Positions 19,828 through 31,900 of a stretch of DNA of 64,000 bases are shown one piece after another (the first letter of the stretch is position 1; each line of letters begins with the position of its first letter). Source of the stretch: an uncultured virus (IMG/VR IMGVR_UViG_2724679451_000017) (lineage: Duplodnaviria > Heunggongvirae > Uroviricota > Caudoviricetes); the IMG/VR virus record IMGVR_UViG_2724679451_000017; one strand, written 5' to 3'. The translations under genes and the position numbers were made by a program. The notes beneath the pieces are model-generated. The model made no database searches, was not told the DNA's origin, and saw only the letters and a list, made by a program, of their open reading frames with translations.

Positions 19828-21362
19828 TATTCTTCATCCTCTGGAAATTTACGGCTCTTAGCAATACTTTCAGCTAATGTTAATGCTTCCTCATATTTCA
19901 TACCTGTATCGCGCTCAAGAATGTACGCCATAATATCTACATCTAAATTTGATTCTTTCAATGATGCGATTACTTGTGTTTTAAGTAATGTTGTATTCAT
20001 TCTTGATTGAGCATTGTTGATTTCTTCCGTAGCTGCTGCAGTTTGGTTTGAATAATATTCAACTTGCCAAGGGTAATCTTCAGGCTCAAATTGTTCGTTA
20101 TAAGCAAAACCCCAATCCAAGTGAAGAATTTGATTAATCCCTTCGGAAGCTGCTGTTCGAATGTCTTGTGACCTACGCATGATTTGTGCAGAAGTATGGA
20201 ATGCTCCACCTTCTCCAATACCACCAGTTAACATGTCAGCCCACCCTACCATACTTGGGTCTAGACCTATACCGCCCATTAACAAACGGACATTAATCAT
20301 GAACTGTTCAATATTAATAGGTGAGCTTCGTTGATTCTTGATATCACCCACTGGATTTAGAACTTGTTTTTCATCAAATACTGGAAGCATGTGAAAAGCA
20401 GTATTCCAGACTGCTTCACCACCTGATAAAGCATCACGGACATAAGCCTCATGATTTTTAAGTAAACCTTCCAAACCACGGATATAGGCTTGACGTTGTG
20501 CTGGCGGCATTCCTGACATATTTACTGTCAAGAACATCTGATTTACGGTATCTGCAATTTGCTGGCTATTCATAGATGCCAAAGCGAGGATTACATCATC
20601 ATAAATATCTTCAATTTCATAAAGAAATGAGCCGCCTAAATGCGCTGGTAAGATTGGTAGCTCATCTGGATCATCACCCTCCAACATTTTCGTGACAAGA
20701 CCAGTTTCAACAAGCTCATATTGAGCAATATTGCTCATACGGGGCATTTTGAAACGTACCATTTGAATAGTATTCAGTTTGGTAATAGTTTTTTGCCAAT
20801 TACGAGGATCTAAACAAAAAAAGGCGACAGTCTTACTGCCTTGTTCGAAAGGTTGTATTAATGGTGGATAAGTATACTCATTACATACGAGGTCAATTAC
20901 ACCTTTATCTTTTTTCCCGTAAATACGTGCATAAGAATCACCAAATGAAATTGCATCTCGGGCTAGCTTGCTTAAATACTTATTGATCAGCTTTTCCATC
21001 TTTACACGGCGCTCATCTAGTTGTTTTTTTAGTTTTTCAGCTGCTGGTCCATTCGCCTTTTTTAACCGTTCTGCGGGCGTAATAAAGACTTGTTGGCCGC
21101 TATAAGAATCTCCGCCTAAGGCTGCAGAAACATGAATCCCCATACCCTCTGCGATAGGTGCAAAGCGTAACATTCTCTCCCATTTAGTAAGAATTTCTTT
21201 TCGAGTACGCTTCTTATTGGCTTTGGTTTGGTTAGTCCCAAGTGAAAACGGAGCCATAGTTTCATATAGCTGCGCTGTTGCATCCTGATTAGACGTATCA
21301 AATTGCTGATCATATGAATTAACATTTTCACCGAGTAACAACGATAAGAACCGAGAAGACAT
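19827..21362 (-). CDS. Putative portal protein (P1 Prt-like)
   Basis: 511 aa; 'LARDAISFGDSYARI', 'GGIGLDPSMVGWAD..GGIGEGG'. Confidence 0.65.
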   Translation of the reverse strand: MSSRFLSLLLGENVNSYDQQFDTSNQDATAQLYETMAPFSLGTNQTKANKKRTRKEILTKWERMLRFAPIAEGMGIHVSAALGGDSYSGQQVFITPAERLKKANGPAAEKLKKQLDERRVKMEKLINKYLSKLARDAISFGDSYARIYGKKDKGVIDLVCNEYTYPPLIQPFEQGSKTVAFFCLDPRNWQKTITKLNTIQMVRFKMPRMSNIAQYELVETGLVTKMLEGDDPDELPILPAHLGGSFLYEIEDIYDDVILALASMNSQQIADTVNQMFLTVNMSGMPPAQRQAYIRGLEGLLKNHEAYVRDALSGGEAVWNTAFHMLPVFDEKQVLNPVGDIKNQRSSPINIEQFMINVRLLMGGIGLDPSMVGWADMLTGGIGEGGAFHTSAQIMRRSQDIRTAASEGINQILHLDWGFAYNEQFEPEDYPWQVEYYSNQTAAATEEINNAQSRMNTTLLKTQVIASLKESNLDVDIMAYILERDTGMKYEEALTLAESIAKSRKFPEDEE

Positions 21363-21392
21363 AACTAAGCCAAAATACCTAAATAATTAAGT

Positions 21393-21482
21393 ATTTTGAT
21401 GACTAATAATTTTTAACTTTTAGATGGGTTCCAAAGTTAATTGGAACCGTACAGATTCCATTAATTAACTGCATGCAATTCT
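21393..21482. promoter_or_regulatory. Back-to-back divergent late promoters
   Basis: GTTCCA 21428-21433 (- strand, -10 CAAAAT) and TGGAAC 21442-21447 (+ strand, AATTCT 29 nt downstream), each facing a gene. Confidence 0.75.
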
Positions 21483-21520
21483 ATCTGAACAAATTTCTTA
21501 TCTAATTAGAGGAAAAGCTC

Positions 21521-21715
21521 ATGGCCGAAGTTAAAGTATTTAATGCTTTGGATATTGAATTAGCTCAAAAAACCCAAGACATCGTCAATGCTCAACGTTT
21601 TAACAACCGTCCTGCTTTCAAAACATTAAATCTAGGCTGGGATTTAGAGACTGGGTCGGTAGCAGTAAATTACACATTTGTAGAAGAACCACCAGTTAAT
21701 GATCAGCCTGCTTAA
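21521..21715 (+). CDS. Small hypothetical late protein
   Basis: GAGG SD, own TGGAAC promoter, bidirectional terminator at 21721-21744. Confidence 0.75.
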   Translation: MAEVKVFNALDIELAQKTQDIVNAQRFNNRPAFKTLNLGWDLETGSVAVNYTFVEEPPVNDQPA

Positions 21716-21742
21716 ACATGAAAGCCCCTAATAAGGGGCTTT

Positions 21743-22513
21743 TTAATAGCCAGTAATATCAACTATTAAATGACTATGAAATGGAGAATAGAGACTAGCT
21801 GAAGTATTCATACCATTAGCTAGTATCGTATATCCCCGAAGAATCTTACCTGAGAAAGTTGGATCACTATATGAGTTAGTCTTTATAGTACAGTATGAAT
21901 GCATATAAGAACTCAAACCACCAGCTCCCCAATAATATTCATAATGAGCTGGACAAGCTAAAGCCAAGCCATAAGTCTTATTAGCATTATAATCAGGTAT
22001 ATCTGATAACCATGAGCTAAAATAATTTGCACTGCCTTTTAAATAAAAAGTTTCTGCTTTAACTACTTTTAAAGGATTGTGGGAGTTAGAAAATACAATC
22101 TCACCTTTACCATTCTTAATTAGTAATTTTGGCGAATGACCACTTTCTAATAAAGTAATTAATCCAAATACATAATAAGTTGCTTTTGTAAAAGGAAAAG
22201 TATTCTTATATTTAAATCCTCCTTGGTCGTCTAAGGTGTCAAAAATTACAGTTATTTTCCAATTATTTGTGGAAGTTTCTTCATATCTGACCTGCATCAC
22301 AGAAACGCCTGTAAATACCACAATTGGTCTTTGTAAAGATGTAACATTCAAAACATGACACTTAACGTAACCAGATACAGATAGCACTGCAGGAGGTAAT
22401 GGGTCTGAAGAAGCGACTTCCCTAACAAACTTATTTATAAGGTGAAAGTTTCTATAGCTGTCGTCAATTATTGTCACTTTATTATCATTGAGAATTTTGA
22501 TGTATTCAGCCAT
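21743..22513 (-). CDS. Tail-tip accessory protein (putative)
   Basis: Repeated 'I.N....IID/VFS' beta units typical of genes following central tail fibres. Confidence 0.6.
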   Translation of the reverse strand: MAEYIKILNDNKVTIIDDSYRNFHLINKFVREVASSDPLPPAVLSVSGYVKCHVLNVTSLQRPIVVFTGVSVMQVRYEETSTNNWKITVIFDTLDDQGGFKYKNTFPFTKATYYVFGLITLLESGHSPKLLIKNGKGEIVFSNSHNPLKVVKAETFYLKGSANYFSSWLSDIPDYNANKTYGLALACPAHYEYYWGAGGLSSYMHSYCTIKTNSYSDPTFSGKILRGYTILANGMNTSASLYSPFHSHLIVDITGY

Positions 22514-22911
22514 TAGCATTTACCTATATGAATACTAACCGTTTGCTGAAAAGCTGTATTGTAATAAGCTCTACAATCATAAATTAATAAATAAGATGAA
22601 GTATCATCCATTTGATTAAGTATCTTATCGCCCAGCTTAGCCTCAATAGCCATAGCTTTAGTCAAAATGGCACATCCCATACCATTTGAATAAGACTCAA
22701 CTACAGCACTATTGGCAGATAACACTTCACCAGAAGCTACATAAGCCCACCATCTTGGATGATTTTCAGCAGTATCTAGTTTTCGTACAATTGTGTCCAT
22801 AGATGAACCTTTCGGGAGGACAACACTTAACGTTTCTGTATACATACTAAGATTAGATGTTAGATCAAGGACCACGTTGCCACCGAGGTCCCTTAATAAG
22901 AATGTAGCCAT
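22513..22911 (-). CDS. Tail-tip accessory protein (putative)
   Basis: Abuts the fibre gene; 'LRDLGGNVVLDLT' N-terminus. Confidence 0.6.
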   Translation of the reverse strand: MATFLLRDLGGNVVLDLTSNLSMYTETLSVVLPKGSSMDTIVRKLDTAENHPRWWAYVASGEVLSANSAVVESYSNGMGCAILTKAMAIEAKLGDKILNQMDDTSSYLLIYDCRAYYNTAFQQTVSIHIGKC

Positions 22912-25900
22912 TTATAAACCAATATAAATTCTCTCAATATTGTTATCGTCATATAACTTTAAAGCGGTCCCTGAAATGACCATTCTTGCTTTTTGAGGCT
23001 GACTAGGATCTTTATAAGTAATTAAAGTCCCAAGTTCACCAGTTATGGCACTTAACTTGTCAACATTGAATAATTCAGCTGTAAGAGACTTGGCCTTAAA
23101 GTTTGCGGCTGTCAAATTCTTAATAAATACATCACTGTTCATCACAACTTGATTGTCTTGGATTATGAACGGCATATATTTAGTAGAAGAAGTACCGGTT
23201 GTGAAGAAAATCTTATCCGCTTGGAAACCTATAGAACTGAGCACAGTTCCATTCGTTTGCTCACTGACCATAGACATTCCAGAGAACACACCATTATTGT
23301 CCATTCCCATTACATACTTACCTTTCACACCATCGATCAAATCAGCTTGTGATTTAAGCTTGATAGCATTTTGGCCGTAAACAGAAACCAAAGTTTGTAA
23401 AGCACCAGCATATGCCCCCACATCAGTTGTATATGTGGTTTTGAAATTTTCGAAATCAGCTATGTTGTCAGCATCTTCAATATCGATAAAGTCTAGATCC
23501 ACTTCACCAGCTTTACCTGAATAGTTACCAATGAATACTGGTGTAAAGAAAGCAGCTTTATTTGCGAATGTTTTAGGACTTAGTAGAGTGCCTGCACCTG
23601 CACTTGCACCAGCAGACCGTCCCTTAAAATAAGCAGTACCAGTTATCCAAGTTCCCAACGCTGGTGCGGTACCTGCAACTAAATAATGACTTGAACTGAT
23701 ATCATTGATTTCAGAGTTATCTTGAGCAATATATTTTGTTTTATTGGCGTTTTGACAGGTCGCACCAACATAAACAACTCCGGTACCACTTACACGGCGG
23801 AATCTATACTTAACTCGGTAATATTTATTGTCATCGATAGGCAAAGATGTGAACCAATTTAACCAGGCTTCATCATTTCCTACGTTATTACCAATTCTTA
23901 GTGCATATCCCCCACGACATGTTGAATCTGCAACTAAACTAAGTTCAGGCTTATTCCCACTTGGAGTTTTTACTAACCAATCTTTTTGCCATGTTTCGAG
24001 TACTGAAGCCATGATCTTTTGACCATTTGCAGAATACAGTGCAGACATTCTTTCAGTTGAAGATGCGATTGCTTCATTCGTCTTGGTAGACGTCATGTAA
24101 TCACGCTCTAAAGTTGCTTTTGTCGTGGATGCTAAATCCTTTGCAGAATCAGCTATTTCTTTTGCCTTTTCAGATATTGCACGTACTAATGCTTGTCGTG
24201 CGTTGTGCACATTAGCAAAGTTGGTGATGAACTGGTTTCGGTCAATCGTACTAGTTACATTCATATTTGCGAATAAACTAGCCAAATATGTATTTAAAGT
24301 ACTGAATGCCGTGGCATAAGCAGCTGAAGAGATTCCATAAGTGACCGCTTCAGCTCTTAAGCTTGTATCAGTTTGATAAAGTGTATCCCACACCAACTTT
24401 GCCTGTTTTTTCTCAACTGGTGTGAGTTTATTATCAGCAGCAATATCACTTAACTGAGCCATTGGAACATCCACTTTGGCTTGTGAACCTGCAGTGGTTT
24501 CCATCATTGAAGTCACTGTAAATGGCGTAACAGACTTATAAACTGATAAATCCGTTTCAATGGCCGCCGACCAACCATCTTTAAAGTAATCTGGCGGATT
24601 TGTATGAGTAATTGTTGCTGATTCGACAGTAATAGCTGGGTAAGACCAAGCATCTTTTTTGGTAATTAAGATACACACCTTATTATTGCTATCTAAAGCT
24701 AGAGCCAAGCCTTTAGTCGTAGCATTATTTTCATCTAAGGTAATACCAAAAGAACGTGACGTCATATTTGGGTAAAATGGCAATGTTGAGGTATATGCAT
24801 AGAACGCCAAATCCAGATCGAAGATATTATCTTCTTTGTTATTGTAGTTATAACCTGAAATTTTAACCTTGGTCATGTACGCGCCAACTGTAACTGGTGT
24901 CTTAATAACCAAAGTACCCGAAGTCGTGATTGGTTGACGCCAAGTTAAAGGCTTAACGAAAATTTTACCCGCACCTGAACTCAATGGCTGCACACTCATA
25001 GCATTGGTATATTCAGAAGTAATTTTCTGTGATGATGCTGCAATTGCACGCTCAACATTAGTATTTGTTATATCTGCATTCAGAATATAAGCGCCGTTCT
25101 TACTGTCTAATTTTGAAGACATCTCTGTAAGTTTGGCCGCCCAAGTTTCTTTGAAGTTGGTTAATGTTGAAATAGAGTCTGTTGCTGTAGAAACAAAATC
25201 TTGTAAAGTCGGGTCAGCTGAAGCGTAATCAGTTACATCATATTGCTCAATTTGAGCTAAGGTCCAAACTAACGGTGCAGTAGCTGTTGGTGTAGCCCCA
25301 CCCGCTACATAAACATGTCCTGCGTTTGAGAAAGTACCTACCGCACCGCATTTAATCATTCGAATATATGTTTCGAATTTGCCTGTACCTTCAGTACTGC
25401 CAATGAATCGATCAATTGCACCTGTCCCCATTGAGTTACCAGCATTAACTAACTTATATCCAATTGGTAGTTTGATTAAATATTTAATGACAAAAACAGC
25501 ATTTGCACGGCCATTAACAAGCTGGTAAAAGCCACCACACGAGGGATTAGCAGCACCAATTGTTTTAATTTCTAACTCATGTGTTGAAGTGGTTGGGTTG
25601 TCAGAACTTTTCGCGACACGTGTAACTGTCACGTTCCCATTGCCAGCATTGTTATAGACAAATACAGCATTGTTACCCTTCTTAAAATTTACGTCTCCCT
25701 GCAACAGTTTTCCATTAGTAATCATCATCGCCAGCATAGTTGTGTTTTCTAATGCCGAGCCAAGATTATTTGTACTTGTTTGAAGCTGCGAAATTTCAGT
25801 ATTCCTAAGTGTAGCTAGATCTTTTGAAGTTTGGTCAGCTGTAGCTTTTGTTGTTTTCACTACAGAGGATAAGCCACCAGGTACAGTTGCATCATATTGT

Positions 25901-28900
25901 TGAATTTGCTGAGTTATAACTCCCTTGTTTACATCAGCCTTGATAAAAGTATCTTCAACAAATTGAGCATTTTGTTTAAGAGAGGATCTAAAACCTCCTT
26001 TAAAATTAGGTGCTGAATTACCACGGCTAATAAACATATTAGTGATAGTAATAGTTCCACCCGAAGGAGCATTATCAAAACGTAAACCTAATGGAATAGC
26101 TTCATAAGCAGAGGCTTTTAAATCTGATGGGAAAATACCTGTTAGTTCTATTTCACCACTTGCAGCTACAGTAAAAGCTGGTAATCCCACCCCATATGTA
26201 GCACCATGAAATTGAATAAGACATGTAGCTCCGACTAAACCAGCTGTCGCCGTATATTTGATTCTTGCAACAATCGGATCACCTTTATCAATTGGAATTT
26301 CCTTGTGTTTATATTGCAACTCCCAAACAGCAACAGTACGGTTTGTACCAGTAGCGATACTTAAATTTTTAGTTTCATCGCCAAGTAAAATCCAGTTTTC
26401 TTCTGAGTAACGTAAAATATCAAGTTGTGCTTTAAAGACTTTGATTTCCTCAGCAAATACTTCTTTCGCATCAGATCTAGTAATTTTTTCTTGAAGAATT
26501 TGTGCGTGGTTTTCCAATACTTTTTGTAAGTTTCCGCTGTTGTTTGCTAGACCAATAGGAATACCACTAACAACTTGCACAGCAAGCATGATTTGTTTAG
26601 CACCATTCGGCCCTGAATCTGGTGTTGCATGCAATTCAATACCGCGGCCAGAGCCAATTCCCTTCTGACCAACTAAAATATATGCATCCCGCCCCGTTAT
26701 TTGATCAAGTGTGAATGGATTGGCACCTAATGAAATTAGTGCATTCTTAACTGGTGCTAGGTTTACACCAATACTGTCGTAGTTTGTAACGATAACAAAG
26801 GTGTCATTTGGAATCGCAGCAATAGCGTTACTCATTGCCGTAGAATTTGCTACAGCTGCATAAGTATCATATCTAGTTGAAGAAGCTATAGAACCATCAG
26901 CTGCTAAAACATGGACTGAAAAACCACGTGCTGAAGCTACTGATTTGATTTCACCTTTTAAGTTTTTAATCCCTGTGAAAAAGCCATTCCAGCCACATGA
27001 ATAAACACGATAATTGAAAACTTGACCAAGGTCCTGATTTAATTGTTTATAACTTGATTCCAAGTTATTAATAGACTGTGTAGTGTTCTGTTGATTATCA
27101 CTAATAGTTGAATTAATTTCCTGAAACTTACCATCTACAGCAGTTTTATTATTGTCTACAGTAGATTTTAAAGTCGCATAATTCTCTGCAAGTGAAGTAA
27201 TCTTTTCACCGTTTTTTTGAACATCTGCTTTAGTACCTTCAATTGCAGAAGCATTAGCTTCGAGGGCCTTAACAAGCTCACGTGGGTTTTTTCTAAATCC
27301 AGTTGCTAACTCCCCCTTTTCGATTTGTACTTCTCTAATTGCAAAATCAGGGGCAAATCCAGTCAATGCATACAGGATAATATTAATATTCTTTAAATTG
27401 GCTACATTGGTATTGAAGGTAAAAATACATAACGTTTCTTTATCAGTATTGATTTGCCATGAACTGCCAAGTTGATTGTTACTTGTTCCATCAAATCTAT
27501 GAATAATTAATAGCAAACTTGTTTGAGCTGGAGTGAGAGATTTTGCCTTAAAAGATAAGGTATATGTTTGATTAATCTCCAACCCATCTTCTGACGTGAG
27601 TTGTTCAAAAAAGCCTTTGAATGCAGTTGTTGTATTTGTTGAGCTAAAACGTCCCCAATTTGCTCCATTCTGGTCTTTATACACCTCCATGATGCTACCA
27701 GCTACGTTTGAGTTTATACGCCAGTTAGACAAAGCAAAAGGCTGTGTAAAATCTCCGTTTTTAATTATGTTGTCACCACCACTTGAAGAAATTGCAGCTT
27801 TGATAATTTTGCTCTCTTCAGCAATAGCTTGGTTAGTTTCTGTTTTGGTGTAGCGAGTACTATCTAGTGTTGCTGAACTATTAGTCCACAAATCGCCAAA
27901 TTTTTGACGAAATTTAGCTTCAAGGGTTTCAGTTGCAGAAGTTATTGCTTGAGCAGTATCTGCTTTAGAAGAGTAATCCTTAATTAGAGTTGAAGTACTT
28001 ACCTTATCATTTAACGCTTTATTATTACCTTCATAAACTTCTACCCAATGCACTGTAGTAGTGGCATTAGCATTTGCTGAAGAATTTGGAAAACAATAAA
28101 AATTAACAACAGTTGCGTCTGTTCTAGAAATTGTAGTTAAGGTAAATTCGTAGATATCTTTACTAGCTGAAAAAATAGGTGCATCTGCATTAAATACATT
28201 ACCTCCGCCAATATATACACGCAAATTGGCTGCATTGTTCCCTCCATTATCAAAGGTAACTTTTGCTCTGACGGTAACAGTAATACCAGGTGCATTTAAA
28301 CTTTTTGCTAAAGGATATGATACTTGTAAATAACCACCCGTTTTACTTTTTTCGACATTACCCCCGATAACGATGTTGTCAAAAGCCTTACCACCGATAC
28401 TTGTTTTCAATGCTTCGGTCGCAGTTGATATTGCGCTATCAACATCAGATTTAGTCATCCGGTCGGAAATTTGTTTAGCCTGTGCAGCCAAACCATTTAC
28501 AGGATCATTAATTGTTGATTCTAAGTTTTGAGTTTTTTTAGCTAAAGCAGTACTTTCAGTAACATACGTTTGTTTAAATTCATTTAAATATGCTGATACT
28601 TGATCGAATGCTGCATTGAAGTCGTAAGGACTTGCAATCCAATTATCTGTAGTTATGAATTCCCCTTTAACTAACACAGCCCAATACACAGTACCAACAC
28701 TTTGCTTGTCTGCAGTTGGTCTGCTAAGCATATAAAAGTTAACTTCTTTGGCGGTACCAGCTGAAGTCTTCGTAAAAGTAATTTTGCTTATTACCTTACC
28801 TGAAGTGTTAATAACCTGCTGTAAAAACTGACTTCCTCCACCAGCATATACAGCTAAATTTGAGTTAGTGTCACCAGCACCACGTGTATGCTCTGCACAC

Positions 28901-31900
28901 CAAAGAAGAGTGTACTTTGCTCCTACTTCCCAGTCTTCACCAAGCTTATAGCGTAAATGAGGATATGAAACGCCATCGTAGTTTCCAACTACATTAGAGT
29001 TAATCAACAAGTTCGTACCAGCCGGTGCGGACTTATTAAGATTTGCAGATAAAGTATTCGCCTGTTCTGTAACAGCTTTAATCAGTCCAGCTTGTTCAGA
29101 TACTTGAGAATTTGTGGTTTGTAATGCTTCAGTTGAGGCTTTTTTACTTACTTCGGTGTTGGTTATTGTTAGATCATTTCTAAGTTTTGAAATATCTAAA
29201 CTTTGAGACGATAAAGTATCACCATGCTTCTTCACTTCAGCTTGAGTAACTTTAATCGCTTCCGCATTAGCATTTAATGAACTTTGAGTATCCCGTGGGC
29301 TTGGGCTCCACGCTGTAGCTTTATTACCAGCTTCGATCTGTAATTTTTGAATTGTAGGAATTCGGCCTGTGCCATATGTACCATAAAACTCAATAGTCGA
29401 TTCAGTTGTGCTACCAGTGTGTAGTTTAGGAAACACAGTAACTTCAAATTTTTGAAATTCACTTGCTTTGGTGACTGTTACGGAAGTTGTGAAGAAATGA
29501 GCGGATCCATTAGATGAATATACTTGTACAGTTCCAGCAACCGGTACACTCATTTCAAAAGAAATCGTTACTGACTTATCTAAATTTTCATCATAAAAAG
29601 CTTTCAACTCTTTGCTACGTTCATACATTAAGTATTCACGGCTTGTTGCTGCTGTGGATGTTCGAGGTGCTTCTGAATTAGCTACGGCGTTTACACCACC
29701 AATCTTAATGTTATTCACTGCAGCTGTAATATCAGTCGCCACACGCCCCATGGCACTTTCGAGATCACTCTTTGTAGCTGTTTTCAATAAAGCTTGGGCA
29801 TTGCTCTGAATACCTGTTTCTGCGTTCTGCATTCTTGATTCAAGCTTACTGGTCCTTTCAGCTTCAGCTTCTGTTCTGTTAGTTGCTGTTTTGAATAAAT
29901 CATTTGCAGTTGCTGTTGCATCATTTGCAGAAGCTAAAGAGTTGTTATCTTCAACAATAATGTAATTAAGCTGACAAATTCCTGTCTGGAAATTGTAGTT
30001 TGCAATAAACATTGGGGCATAATATTCAGCTTGTGCTGGGAAAGTACGTGGATTATCAATTGTCCCTAAACCAGTTGCCGCCCCAATAGACTTACCTTTC
30101 ATGTATAGAACTACTTCTTGCCACTCACCTAAATTAGGCTTAACGGCCGACAATAAGTAGTTAGAAGATCCCATATCACCTGCAAGGGAGTTTGTAGTCG
30201 TTACGTATTTACTTTGGTCTGCATTTTTACATGCAACCCCAAGGTAAATAGTTCCAGATTCCCCAGCTACACGGCGGAAGCGAGCACGTACCCGATAAAG
30301 CGTATCTGGATTAATCTTTACAAACTCATTCCAGTGAACCCATGCCTCATCATTACCGGCATTATTCCCAAGCTCAAGAATATAGCCACCAAATGCATCA
30401 GCATCTTGAATTACTTTCGCTTCACCAGTGGTTCGCCAACGTGTCCAGTCATCAATTCCTTTTGACGTTACAACAGCACGTACACCCGACGTTACTTGCG
30501 TTTGTGACTTTAAGCTTAAAAGATTTTGAGAAAGTGCTTCGGTAGCTTTTACCGCCGTTGTACCTGTTTGCTGCGCCTCTGCTGCATTATCGAAAGCTAG
30601 TTTAGCAATGTCATCAGTAGTTTTAAGTGATGATGAAAGGCCATTTATTCTTGTATTTGTATTACTTTCTAGGGTTGAAACACTTTTTTGAACATCAGTA
30701 ATTTGCCCTTGTACCTTTAAGTTTTCTTTAGAGATACTTGTATCAAGTTCACTAAATTTTGAAGTAGTAGACTGCTCAAATTCGGCAAGTGACTCAGTAA
30801 CTTCTAGAATATTTGCATTAGATTTCCGATCAGCCTCTTCTAGAGCTGCTTTCGTTTGGTCGATGCGTAAAGATAAGGCTTTATCACCATCAGAAACTGA
30901 TTGAGCAATTGTTGCTAAATCTGACGTTGTTTTAGTTTTATTCGAATTATAGTCGGTTTTTAGTTCTTCAAGTTTTTTTGCTTCTGAAACAAGCTTTTCA
31001 TCAACAAGTTTTACAGATGATTCAACCTTTTCGATATATGAAGCATTTCCAGTAATTTGATCACGCCATGCTTTTGGAATGGTGTCATTAAGTGCTGTAA
31101 TGTCCCAGACTTCATAATCGGCTAGGATTACATCCACTGGGTTTGCTGTGCTTGGTAAAGGTGGATTAGTGCCAGCAATAACACGGAAATGCCCATGGAT
31201 AGCTGCAGGCGCATCATAGCCACACTGAACAACAGAGTAATAAACCTCAAACTTACCTGTTCCTTCCTTATTCCCAAGTACACGTAAATAACCACCCGTA
31301 CCTGTAGCATTGCCAACTGGTAATAAATAAGTGCCCTTAGGCATTTTAATAATTTGTTTTATTAAAAACGTTTTATTAGGAGCAGCAACAAGAGTTGGAA
31401 CAGTCGGATACCAGCCACCACCTAGAGAAGCAGTGGATCTTAATAGCATCTCATGGGTACTATTTACTGGGTTATCAGTAGATTTAGCTTGTCTAGTAAA
31501 CGTTGAACCTGAAGGTACAACATATGCGCTTAACCCCCCATTCCCAGATAGAAATGTTGGATCGTCACGCAAAGGCTTACCAAGTGATTGCATTCGCGCT
31601 AACTCAGTAGCATTTAACAAGCTTGCATTAGTGGTATCTAAACTTGCTTGAATTTGATCAGTCTTTTCAGCAACAGATTTACCAAGATCAACTACTGTAC
31701 GTTCAACATTATTAATTGCCGCTTTATTATCACCAATTTGAGACTGGGCAGTACTAATTTGTTCAGTAAAAGCTCTATCTTGAGCAGCAAGGGTTTTTAT
31801 TTCTTCTGAAATTAGGGCATTTGATTTACCCAATTCAGTTTGCATTTCAGCAAACTTAAGCTCAAAACTTTTTGTTAATGCCTCTTTATCATTTGCACGT